A stretch of DNA of 64,000 bases from the NCBI GenBank assembly GCA_020052375.1, contig JAGVPG010000021.1, positions 17,969 to 81,968 on the forward strand, read 5' to 3'. Under the pieces are notes generated by a model that saw only the letters and a list, made by a program, of their open reading frames with translations, did no database searches and was not told the DNA's origin. Positions 55,119 to 63,681 of this stretch are shown here, piece by piece. Within the stretch, counting starts at the first letter, position 1. Every line of letters starts with the position of its first letter. This DNA is from Actinomycetota bacterium (GTDB lineage: Bacteria; Actinomycetota; JAHEXW01; JAGVPG01). Position numbers and translations under genes: made by a program.

Positions 55119-55847
55119 TCACTTAAGCCCAAGGACCTTATGTATCTGCGGCATCACGTACACATCCTTGAGTCTGGCGCATGCCAGATGATAAAGATCC
55201 AATATTGTATCTGAACTGGGACTTGCGGTAATTCTACCATACGGAGTCACCGGCTGGATATAGAAAGGGATACCCGGATCGACGGACTCTACCAATTCTG
55301 CGGTTTTCCTGAACTCGTTTCGATCCGAGTCTTCGCGTATGACCACCTTCACGTAAACGCGTTTTATGTAGGATATCTTCAGGAACTCAAGGTTCTTATC
55401 CAATGATGTTCCGTCTTTTCCAGCGTCTTTTGGAAGCTTGATATCCATGCTGATAAAGTCCACATACGGGATGACCTTTTCAAGCTCGCCGGGTAGCGTT
55501 CCATTCGTTTCCAATAGTATGGGCAGGCAAAAAGCGTTTTCTCTCCGGTTTGTCATAAGCAGGTCACGGATGAAGTCCGCCTGGAGCAACGGCTCACCGC
55601 CGGTCAGGCAAAGCATCCTGCCGGGACAATCGTCATTGCCGGCCAGCTCCTTGATAAGTGAATCGACGGTATAGACTCTGCCGCCGTTTCTATCACGTGA
55701 AGCGGGCGTATCGCAATATGTGCAGGCAAGGTTGCATCCGGAGAAACGGACGAATCTATGCATCTGCCCGGCAAAAAGGCCTTCGCCCTGTATGCTTGAG
55801 AAGATCTCCGATATTCCGGCTTTTAAGAGTCGCCTGGATTCATTCAA
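55119..55847 (-). CDS. queE: 7-carboxy-7-deazaguanine synthase (radical SAM)
   Basis: EIFSSIQGEGLFAG, SGCNLACTYCDT, LTGGEPL. Confidence 0.85.
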   Translation of the reverse strand: MNESRRLLKAGISEIFSSIQGEGLFAGQMHRFVRFSGCNLACTYCDTPASRDRNGGRVYTVDSLIKELAGNDDCPGRMLCLTGGEPLLQADFIRDLLMTNRRENAFCLPILLETNGTLPGELEKVIPYVDFISMDIKLPKDAGKDGTSLDKNLEFLKISYIKRVYVKVVIREDSDRNEFRKTAELVESVDPGIPFYIQPVTPYGRITASPSSDTILDLYHLACARLKDVYVMPQIHKVLGLK

Positions 55848-56421
55848 TGGGCCTGACCTTGTGACATGCTTTTTGAATATCAGCTGATTCTTTTTTAAAA
55901 CGCTCGAGTACTATCTCACCCAGGTGGACGGGATCTATGTTCAGCTCCATAAGGCCTGAGGCCTTGACAGGAGCTCCTTCCGGATCTACGTTCACGGCTG
56001 CATGCAGCATCACGGATGCCGGAGAACATGTCGCGATCGAGACCGTCAGCTTCCCTTCCTTTAAAGACCGTAAATACAGGTCGTCACCTTCCCTGGCGAT
56101 GCGCAAGCGGTTCTTACCCGCATCACCCGAGTCTTCTATCGACTCCTTGATGATGCATATCAAAAGCCTCTGAAGTAGAACGCCTGTCATAAGATCCATG
56201 TCAAAGAACTCACCGATGAAGTGAAGCATGGACTTTGCCCGGATGAAAGAGCCTGCATCGCGGTCGTCCAGATCGACCAGGTCTTCATTTCGAACATGCG
56301 CGGGGCCTAGAAAGGCGACAAGGTTGTCGTCATCAAGCCCGTATTCATCATATGACCAGCGGGAACGCAGTTGCGTACCGTCATAAGTGACCTGCTTATC
56401 GGTAACGAACATGGTCTCCAT
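55840..56421 (-). CDS. conserved hypothetical protein embedded in the que operon (possibly DUF366-like)
   Basis: ATG 56421 in a TGATG overlap with the queC stop; 8-nt overlap with the queE start; family call is from memory only. Confidence 0.45.
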   Translation of the reverse strand: METMFVTDKQVTYDGTQLRSRWSYDEYGLDDDNLVAFLGPAHVRNEDLVDLDDRDAGSFIRAKSMLHFIGEFFDMDLMTGVLLQRLLICIIKESIEDSGDAGKNRLRIAREGDDLYLRSLKEGKLTVSIATCSPASVMLHAAVNVDPEGAPVKASGLMELNIDPVHLGEIVLERFKKESADIQKACHKVRPIE

Positions 56422-57110
56422 CAGATCGCGATCCTCAAAGAAGGTACGAGTTCCGGATATGTTTCTTGAAATGCCCGCTTCAAACGGCTGCAGGGTTCGC
56501 AAGCGCCGCACATAAGATCGCCGCCTTCATAGCAGGACCAGATAAGTCCAAGCGGGACAGCAAGCTCGACAGCTTTCTTAGCGATTTCGGTCTTCGCCAT
56601 ATCGATCGTATATCCGGTCAGCGTTACAGCGTTTAGAGTCGAGTATCTGAACATGCCGGTAGCCGCTTCCGTAAAGGCCCTTGTGTTGTCCGGAAAGGTC
56701 AAGCCCTCTTCTGCGTTAAAACCTCCCACCACCAGTCCTGCCCCCTTCATCTCGGCAAAGCTCGCAGATATATTTACGAATACACCGTTTCTATTGGGCA
56801 CCCAGACAGATGCGGCGGATGCCGAGGTCTTAACGGTATCGTCCAGATCCTTTATGTCCAGCTTAGGTATAGTTTTTGAGGTGTCTGACAAGGCGGAATC
56901 CGAGTCATTGAACCATGGCAGGTCGATCGTCTTGTGGGCGGTCTTATAGTGCGAGGCGAGTTCTTTGGAAGAGTTTATCTCGCGCGAAGCGGACCGCTGG
57001 CCGTAGTCGAATGTCAAAGCTAAAACGACATCTGTCTTATCTGCGGCAATAGCCAGATTGACCGCGGAATCGAGCCCTCCCGACAGCATGACGATACTTT
57101 TTTCTTTGAT
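56421..57110 (-). CDS. queC: 7-cyano-7-deazaguanine synthase
   Basis: LSGGLDS PP-loop, C-terminal CGACEPC; 5' end extended to ATC 57110 (the ORF track gives ATG 57089). Confidence 0.85.
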   Translation of the reverse strand: MKEKSIVMLSGGLDSAVNLAIAADKTDVVLALTFDYGQRSASREINSSKELASHYKTAHKTIDLPWFNDSDSALSDTSKTIPKLDIKDLDDTVKTSASAASVWVPNRNGVFVNISASFAEMKGAGLVVGGFNAEEGLTFPDNTRAFTEAATGMFRYSTLNAVTLTGYTIDMAKTEIAKKAVELAVPLGLIWSCYEGGDLMCGACEPCSRLKRAFQETYPELVPSLRIAI

Positions 57111-57117
57111 CTTAGAC

Positions 57118-57501
57118 TCACTCCTTGAAATATGAGATACACGCAGTCGATGATTCCCAGATGCTTACTTTCTTAACGTCGATCCCGGACTCCAGATTAG
57201 CTTTGGACAAAGCTTTCTGCAGTTCATGGTATAGGTATTTAGCCAGGTTCTCGGCTGTCGGAGTGATCTTGTCAAAAGGCGGCACCTCGTTCAAGTGGTG
57301 ATGATCGAACCGGTCGACCAGGGTCCGGGTCTTTGCCTTCAGCTCCTTGAAATCGTATACCAGCCCCACTTTGTCCAGTCTCTCCCCTTCGATGACGACG
57401 TCGACCTTGAAGCTATGGCCGTGAAGACGCGCGCATTCGCCGGGATAACCGGTCAAGCTGTGGGCAGCGTCGAAATGCGTCTCGATCTTCAATTCATACA
57501 T
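57118..57501 (-). CDS. queD: 6-carboxy-5,6,7,8-tetrahydropterin synthase
   Basis: FDAAHSL, CARLHGHSFKV, HHHLNE. Confidence 0.9.
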   Translation of the reverse strand: MYELKIETHFDAAHSLTGYPGECARLHGHSFKVDVVIEGERLDKVGLVYDFKELKAKTRTLVDRFDHHHLNEVPPFDKITPTAENLAKYLYHELQKALSKANLESGIDVKKVSIWESSTACISYFKE

Positions 57502-57503
57502 AT

Positions 57504-58511
57504 TTAGACTCCCCTCTTCCCCTTATCCCTTAAAGTCTCTAAGAAAGCTTCCATTCTGACCTTCGTCCGGCTGTCCAGGCGACCGGGCTTGTCTCCCTCT
57601 ATCCTCAGTACCGGTAGGTCTAAAGTCCCTCTGACAACAGGGTCTTCAAGCTGATGAAAACAGAAACTCTGGACGTAGTGGACGATCCCGTCCACCCTTC
57701 TCTTCCCGACCTCTTCTTTTATACGCTTCAACCTAGTCAAGATGCCGTAGGGGTATGTGTATTCCAGATACTGAGCGACAAGGCCGTCGGCCTCATAGGG
57801 CATGCTGAACTGGTGCTGGACTTCATTATACACCACGCGCGCGCCCTGTTCTTCAAGAAAGTCATAGATATCGCTGAAGATGGGCGGGACTCCCATATAG
57901 GCAAGACGTATCTCAGGAGGGGATGCTGTCCTTGATCCTATCCTGTCAAGCATATCGGACAACATCGTCTCGAACTTCTCGGGCTCTCCGTTAAGATCGC
58001 TTGAAGCGACGAGCCATTGATGGTTCTCATATCCGGTCGCTTTATCTTCCTGCCACGTCAGACGGTCGAGCTCCGCCAGTTTAGCCCGGATGGTCTTAAA
58101 TTGTAAGCGCATATCCTCTGCTTTTTCAATGTCGGTATCCAGACGGCTGCAGAATCGCCTGATCTCGCGATTCAGATCTTCGACATCCCTGTTCAAAGGG
58201 TAAGAGAATGTGATAACAGGGACGCCTTCATAGATGAAATTCTCGATCAAAGCGTAATTGTTGGCGCAGTCACCCTGTGTCATGCCGATAACGGCGGAAA
58301 GGCCGTCCATTTCATGCACGATGGAGTAGATACCCTTTATCCAGGCGCAGTAATTACGGGGAATACCTTTTGACTCGGCCGATTCGGCTAAACGAAAGGG
58401 ATCATCGGATGATATGAACAGGTTGTTAAGGTCGATCGGGACGTAACCGGCGCCATAGACGACTTCACAGGGCACCGTCGAGGTTATGCCGATTTTTCCC
58501 TTGCTCTTCAT
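57504..58511 (-). CDS. 2-hydroxyacyl-CoA dehydratase (HGD-D/BcrB-like) family protein
   Basis: GITSTVPCEV, NYCAWIKG, QGDCANN, YVQSFCFHQ; 335 aa; no activator ATPase nearby. Confidence 0.65.
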   Translation of the reverse strand: MKSKGKIGITSTVPCEVVYGAGYVPIDLNNLFISSDDPFRLAESAESKGIPRNYCAWIKGIYSIVHEMDGLSAVIGMTQGDCANNYALIENFIYEGVPVITFSYPLNRDVEDLNREIRRFCSRLDTDIEKAEDMRLQFKTIRAKLAELDRLTWQEDKATGYENHQWLVASSDLNGEPEKFETMLSDMLDRIGSRTASPPEIRLAYMGVPPIFSDIYDFLEEQGARVVYNEVQHQFSMPYEADGLVAQYLEYTYPYGILTRLKRIKEEVGKRRVDGIVHYVQSFCFHQLEDPVVRGTLDLPVLRIEGDKPGRLDSRTKVRMEAFLETLRDKGKRGV

Positions 58512-58526
58512 GGGTGATCGAGGACC

Positions 58527-58997
58527 TTATGCTTCGAAGTCTTCAGGGTTTATTTCTTCAAGAAAATCTCTGAATCTATCGACCTCTTCCTCGATCGTCT
58601 CAAGGACTATGCTGGCTTCGTCCAGGATCTTTTCTTCCGTGTAGACGGGGGTGTCGCACCTTACAGCCAGAGCGATCGCGTCGGAAGGCCTGGAGCTTAT
58701 CTGATGCGCTTTCTTATCGTTCAATGTGATCGTAGCGTAGAAAGTGCCGTCCACGAGATCGTCTATGACGACTTTTTCAGGCGTCACTTTCAACTCATCC
58801 AGCATGTTCTTAAGCAGGTCGTGAGTCATAGGCCTAGCCGTTTCCACCTGCTGCAGATGAAGAGCGATGGCTATCGCCTCTGAGACGCCTATCCATATGG
58901 GCAAGATCCTTTCGCCATCCTTCTCCCTGAGAAGCACGATAGGTTGGTTTGTTGGTAGTTCTATGCGTACACCGACGATCTCCATTAGTATCATCAC
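58527..58997 (-). CDS. bifunctional nuclease (BFN/DUF151) family protein
   Basis: MEIVGVRIELPTNQPIVLLRE, ILPIWIGVSEAIAIA, RPMTHDL. Confidence 0.8.
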   Translation of the reverse strand: MMILMEIVGVRIELPTNQPIVLLREKDGERILPIWIGVSEAIAIALHLQQVETARPMTHDLLKNMLDELKVTPEKVVIDDLVDGTFYATITLNDKKAHQISSRPSDAIALAVRCDTPVYTEEKILDEASIVLETIEEEVDRFRDFLEEINPEDFEA

Positions 58998-59019
58998 AGG
59001 TCACCTTGTTTATATTCTA

Positions 59020-59661
59020 TCACACGTCGGGCTGTCGATATACCTGCATAACGGCTATGACTTCGCTGTCCGTCGTCTGGTCGAACCTCTCGTAAAACTG
59101 GCCGACCGCATAGAAGATCGAGGGGGCGTGCGCGACTACGATATCATCGGCTTTATTCTTAAGTCTTTGTAACGTATCAGGGGGTCCTACGGGGACGGCA
59201 AGGACCAGATGAGCCGGTTGAAGTTTCTTTACGAACTCAAGCGCGGCTTCCGTAGTGGCGCCGGTGGCTACACCGTCATCGACCACGATCGCCGTCTTTC
59301 CTTTTACTACGAGAGGCCCCAGACCTTCGCGGTAGACAGCGGTACGGCGTTCTATCTCCTTGATTTCGTTCTCTATAGTCATTTCAAGGTATTCGTCAGA
59401 AACGGCAAGGTGGGTGATCAGGTTTTTATCGAGGACCTGGATCCCACCCGGAGCGATCGCTCCGAGGGCCAGTTCCGGATTGCCGGGAGCTCCGATCTTT
59501 CTGGGAACGACCAGATCAAGTGGTGCGCCAAGCGCTCTTGCTACCTCGTGAGCAACGATAACACCGCCGCGCGGTATGCCGATGACGACTACGTCGCTAC
59601 CCTTATAGGAAATAAGCAGTTCCGCTAGGTAACGGCCTGCGTCGCGTCTGTCTCTAAACAT
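59020..59661 (-). CDS. phosphoribosyltransferase family protein
   Basis: MFRDRRDAGRYLAELL, IPRGGV, AIVVDDGVATGAT. Confidence 0.75.
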   Translation of the reverse strand: MFRDRRDAGRYLAELLISYKGSDVVVIGIPRGGVIVAHEVARALGAPLDLVVPRKIGAPGNPELALGAIAPGGIQVLDKNLITHLAVSDEYLEMTIENEIKEIERRTAVYREGLGPLVVKGKTAIVVDDGVATGATTEAALEFVKKLQPAHLVLAVPVGPPDTLQRLKNKADDIVVAHAPSIFYAVGQFYERFDQTTDSEVIAVMQVYRQPDV

Positions 59662-60956
59662 AGTTCTCCTTTAAGAGAATAGGGAGACGCCGCGGTTACT
59701 TTTATATCGACGAACCTGTCAATAAGAGATCTGTCGCCTTTGAAATTGACTACTTTGTTGGTCCGGGTCCGCCCTGCCATGAAGTCATTATCGCGACGGC
59801 TTCTACCTTCGACCAGCAACTCGACGGTGTTGCCGACAAGTTCGCCGTTCTTTTCATTGCATATCTCATTCTGTCTTTCAACCAGCAGGTCGAAACGATC
59901 GTGTTTTACGATAGCCGGTACATCATCTTTAAGGGTAGCCGATCTTGTTCCCGGACGCGGCGAATATATGAACAAAAAAGCCTGGTCAAAACGGACACTA
60001 TCGACTATATCCATAGTCATTTCGAAATCCTCATCGGTCTCTCCGGGAAACCCGACGATTATGTCAGTGGAAACGGCTGAACCGGGCACTCTATCCCTGA
60101 TGCGTTCAATCAGCTCAATATATTGCGATCTCGTATAACCGCGGTTCATCGCGCTAAGCATAGTGTCTGAACCGGACTGGAACGGTAGATGCAGATACTC
60201 GCAGATATGTTTTCCACCGGCGATGGCATCAAGCATCTCATCCTCGAGATCTTTTGGATGGGATGTGACGAATCTTATCCTATCCAGGCCTTCAACGTCG
60301 TCGAGTTTCTGTAGAAGGTCGACGAACAGGCCTTTTTTCCCGAGATCGCTGCCGTAAGTGTTCACGTTCTGCCCAAGCAGGGTGACTTCTTTAACACCAT
60401 CAGACACGAGGTCGTTCACCTCATGGATTATATCGGGAAGCTGGCGGCTGACCTCTACGCCTCTTACATGCGGCACTATACAGTAGGAACAGTAATTGCT
60501 ACAGCCCCTGATTATGGGCACCCATGCACGGGCTCTATGACGCCGCAGCGTAGGTAATCCTTCCGGGATGCGACGGTGGCCGTCGATGTCGCATAGGGCT
60601 TTACCGTGTTCGATGGCCTCGTCTATCAGCGCGGGCAGGTTCTGAAAATTCCTCGTGCCGAAGACTACGTCGATATATGGAAATGACTTAAGAAGCTTTG
60701 ATCCGGCTCGTTCGGCTACACAACCGCCGACTGCGATCAAGCGATCGCCCGATCGCCTCCAGTTCTTAAGTGACCTGATGTTGCCGTATAGACGCTCCTC
60801 AGCGCGAGCTCGAACGCTGCACGTATTGAAGATGACGATATCAGCCGTTGAAACGGAAGCGACCGGTTCGTGACCGGCGCTTGTCATGAGGCCGCTTATC
60901 ATCTCCGAGTCGGCCTTGTTCATCTGGCAACCGAATGTCCTGATGTAGTAACGCAT
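59625..60956 (-). CDS. miaB: tRNA (N6-isopentenyl adenosine-37-C2)-methylthiotransferase
   Basis: YIRTFGCQMNKADSE, RGCSNYCSYC, TRAM C-terminus. Confidence 0.85.
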   Translation of the reverse strand: MRYYIRTFGCQMNKADSEMISGLMTSAGHEPVASVSTADIVIFNTCSVRARAEERLYGNIRSLKNWRRSGDRLIAVGGCVAERAGSKLLKSFPYIDVVFGTRNFQNLPALIDEAIEHGKALCDIDGHRRIPEGLPTLRRHRARAWVPIIRGCSNYCSYCIVPHVRGVEVSRQLPDIIHEVNDLVSDGVKEVTLLGQNVNTYGSDLGKKGLFVDLLQKLDDVEGLDRIRFVTSHPKDLEDEMLDAIAGGKHICEYLHLPFQSGSDTMLSAMNRGYTRSQYIELIERIRDRVPGSAVSTDIIVGFPGETDEDFEMTMDIVDSVRFDQAFLFIYSPRPGTRSATLKDDVPAIVKHDRFDLLVERQNEICNEKNGELVGNTVELLVEGRSRRDNDFMAGRTRTNKVVNFKGDRSLIDRFVDIKVTAASPYSLKGELCLETDATQAVT

Positions 60957-60979
60957 GTGTCTATTTTAGCATAGGAAAG

Positions 60980-61007
60980 ATCGTGAATCGTGCAACGTGA
61001 ATTGTGA
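60980..61007. repeat. 7-nt tandem array ATCGTGA, ATCGTGC, AACGTGA, ATTGTGA
   Basis: Read directly between the PHP stop and the miaB start. Confidence 0.9.
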
Positions 61008-61020
61008 AAGAGAAAGCTAT

Positions 61021-61860
61021 TTAGCGGTGAGTGGCCAGTGATTTTAAAGGCTCGAGTATCGTGTCGGGGACGTCGACGTGGCCGATCAGGAAGCGGCCGG
61101 GCGTATGCGGACCGTGATCGTCCGAACCGCCGGTCACTATCAAGCCATATTCATCGGCGATACGAAGGTATTTCTCCGTGGAAGCTTTATTGTTATCGTA
61201 GCAGTAGGCTTCGATCCCCTGGATCCCGTTTTCCACCAGTTCGGGGATGTGATCGTCGGCGTTGCTGATGGAGGGATGAGCGAGAACCGGTATTCCTCCG
61301 GTCCTTAAAATCGCGGATATCACGTCGTGGCTGGAGTAATTGTACTTCTGGACATAACAGGGTTTGTCGCGGCCGAGATACGTATCGAACACATCTTTAA
61401 TATTTCGAGCATACCCCTTACTGACGATCACCTTGGCTATGTGGGATCTGATCAAAACACCACCCTTTGAAACATCCAAGACCTCATCAAGAGTGATATG
61501 TACGCCGATGTTGTTGAGTCTCTTGATCATCTCTTTTGCTCGTACAAGACGCAATGACTTGAGCTCATCGAGATAGTCGACATACCAGGCGTTCTTGTAG
61601 TCTATGAAATAACCGAGTATATGTATATCGGTGCCTCCGGCATCGGTCCCCATCTCTATGCCCGGGATCAATTCGATCCCTGTTTGCGAGGCAGTCTCAA
61701 AAGCTTCATCGATCCCGCTGACCGTATCGTGGTCCGTAACGGCGATAGTCTTGAGGCCTATCTCTTTGGCATAGTAAACAAGCTCGGACGGGCTGAACGT
61801 CCCGTCCGAGCTTGTTGTGTGCAGATGAAGATCGACAGTCGACTTACTTCGCGTATTCAA
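61021..61860 (-). CDS. PHP-domain phosphoesterase (TrpH/YciV-like)
   Basis: [30 protein letters not shown]. Confidence 0.8.
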   Translation of the reverse strand: MNTRSKSTVDLHLHTTSSDGTFSPSELVYYAKEIGLKTIAVTDHDTVSGIDEAFETASQTGIELIPGIEMGTDAGGTDIHILGYFIDYKNAWYVDYLDELKSLRLVRAKEMIKRLNNIGVHITLDEVLDVSKGGVLIRSHIAKVIVSKGYARNIKDVFDTYLGRDKPCYVQKYNYSSHDVISAILRTGGIPVLAHPSISNADDHIPELVENGIQGIEAYCYDNNKASTEKYLRIADEYGLIVTGGSDDHGPHTPGRFLIGHVDVPDTILEPLKSLATHR

Positions 61861-63382
61861 CCGACCGCGTCTCCCTGATAACCGTGACTTTTATCTGGCC
61901 CGGGTATTCAAGCTCATCCTCGATCTGTTTAGCGACAGTCCTGGCCAGTTCCTGGGATTGAGCATCATTGATGGATTCGGGTTTGACCATTACTCTGATC
62001 TCGCGTCCCGCTTGCATGGCAAAAGATTTCTCGACGCCATCGAACCCTTCAGCGATCGATTCGAGCTTTTCAAGCCGTTTAACATAGCTCTCGAGTGTTT
62101 CTCTACGCGCGCCTGGCCTAGATGCGGAAACGGCGTCAGCGGCGGCTACGAGCACGGCCTCGACTGTTTCCGGCTCGACCTCGCCATGATGCGCGGCTAT
62201 GGCATGACAGACTTCAGAAGACTCCTTAAAGCGCCTTGCCATCTCGGCGCCTATCGTTCCGTGCGGGCCTTCGACCTCATGCGTTATCGCTTTACCGATA
62301 TCGTGAAGCAGTCCCGCCCTTTGAGCAAGTGTTATATCCGCGCCAAGCTCGCTGGCCATAATACCTGCGAGGTGCGAGACTTCGATGGAATGGCGAAGAA
62401 CGTTTTGCCCGTAACTCGTCCTGTAACGCAGGCGGCCGATCGCCCTGACAAGCTCGGGGTGAAGGCCGTGGACGTCCGCTTCAAGAGCGGCTCCTTCGCC
62501 TTCCTCCCTGATCTTTTGGTCTACCTCCGCACTGGATTTGTTGTACATCTCTTCGATCCTGGCCGGATGTATGCGTCCGTCGGCTATTAGTTTCTCAAGC
62601 GTGAGGCGGGCTATCTCACGGCGAACTGGATCGAAGCTGGACAGAGTCACAGCCTCGGGAGTATCGTCGATAATGAGATTGACCCCGGTCATTGTCTCGA
62701 ATGCCCGGATATTACGCCCTTCCCGGCCGATGACTCTTCCCTTAAGTTCATCACTAGGAAGAGGCACAGTCGATATCGTAGTCTCCGCCGTATGGTCTGA
62801 TGCTACTCTCTGTATAGCCAGCGAGACGATGTTCCGGGCACGGCGCTCACCCTCTTCTTTGGCCTCAGCCTCTATCGATTGGATGATCTGCGCGGCCTTA
62901 GATCTTGTTTCTTCCTCCGCTTTCTTAAGCAATTGCTGTTTGGCTTCTTCGTTGGACATCCCCGCGATCTTTTCGAGGAGCGTTTTTTGTTCCACATAGA
63001 CCTCTTCCAGCTCTTGCTTGCGCTTGGTGATGTCAGCATCTCGTGATGTAACGGACTGCTCTTTACGCTCGAGGTTCTGCACCCTTGAATCGAGGTTCTC
63101 CTCTCTTTCAAGGATCTTGTTTTCACGCCGGTCGATCTCCGACTGGCGTTTGCGTATGTCCTGCTCGGACTGGGTGCGCATGTTGTAGATCTCGTCTTTT
63201 ACTTCGAGTATCGCTTCCTTCTTCTTTGTCTCGGCCTCGCGTTGGGCGTTCGCCAGTATTCTTGTAGCGGATTCATGCGCCTTTTCAACTCTCGTTTCGG
63301 CCATATACTTCCGAGCTACAAATCCACCGGCTACCCCGACACCAAGACCGACTACCGTTAAAATAACTGTCAGTACGATTAT
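61844..63382 (-). CDS. rny: ribonuclease Y
   Basis: KH domain [14 protein letters not shown] domain LLHDIGK; 5' end extended beyond ATG 63304 to include the membrane helix (non-canonical start, see findings). Confidence 0.85.
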   Translation of the reverse strand: MIVLTVILTVVGLGVGVAGGFVARKYMAETRVEKAHESATRILANAQREAETKKKEAILEVKDEIYNMRTQSEQDIRKRQSEIDRRENKILEREENLDSRVQNLERKEQSVTSRDADITKRKQELEEVYVEQKTLLEKIAGMSNEEAKQQLLKKAEEETRSKAAQIIQSIEAEAKEEGERRARNIVSLAIQRVASDHTAETTISTVPLPSDELKGRVIGREGRNIRAFETMTGVNLIIDDTPEAVTLSSFDPVRREIARLTLEKLIADGRIHPARIEEMYNKSSAEVDQKIREEGEGAALEADVHGLHPELVRAIGRLRYRTSYGQNVLRHSIEVSHLAGIMASELGADITLAQRAGLLHDIGKAITHEVEGPHGTIGAEMARRFKESSEVCHAIAAHHGEVEPETVEAVLVAAADAVSASRPGARRETLESYVKRLEKLESIAEGFDGVEKSFAMQAGREIRVMVKPESINDAQSQELARTVAKQIEDELEYPGQIKVTVIRETRSVEYAK

Positions 63383-63400
63383 GGTAATTACCCCCTTCTC

Positions 63401-63442
63401 TAAAATAAAAGAGCCGAGCTTAACATCAATGATAAGCTCGGC
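63401..63442 (-). terminator. intrinsic-terminator-like hairpin plus U-tract abutting the rny RBS
   Basis: Minus strand: GCCGAGCTTA-10 nt-TAAGCTCGGC then TCTTTTATTTTA. Confidence 0.7.
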
Positions 63443-63681
63443 AAATCATACTTTGCTTACTTTAGATATACGAATGTGAACGTCGATAAAAGAGCAGGCT
63501 GATCTATGTACGCGCTTGTCCGGCGCTTCCTGTATGCTGATCTTTAAGTACCCGTTTACCTGCTTTTTTGAACATATTTGACTTTCTGTTTATCTAAACG
63601 CTCTCGAGTATTAAAAAATAATCTATAGTCAAGCAAAGCACGTTTGCCTTAACTCAATTCTACCTTTTAGAAAAACAAGCG

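Noticed and set aside
58512-59019. A preQ1 riboswitch controlling the que genes.
   Set aside because: The que genes are separated from their upstream neighbours by gaps of 22 nt or less. There is no room for an aptamer, and no preQ1-like sequence was seen.
11365-61007. Whether the short tandem arrays could be a CRISPR array or a degenerate CRISPR.
   Set aside because: The units are 7-8 nt long and directly adjacent with no spacers. The arrays are under 60 nt. No cas genes are present.
63566-63582. A third SOS-like site, TTGAACATATTTGAC, in the recX-rny gap.
   Set aside because: Only the GAAC half-site matches. The second half (TTGA) does not fit GTTY, and the orientation relative to the genes is unhelpful.
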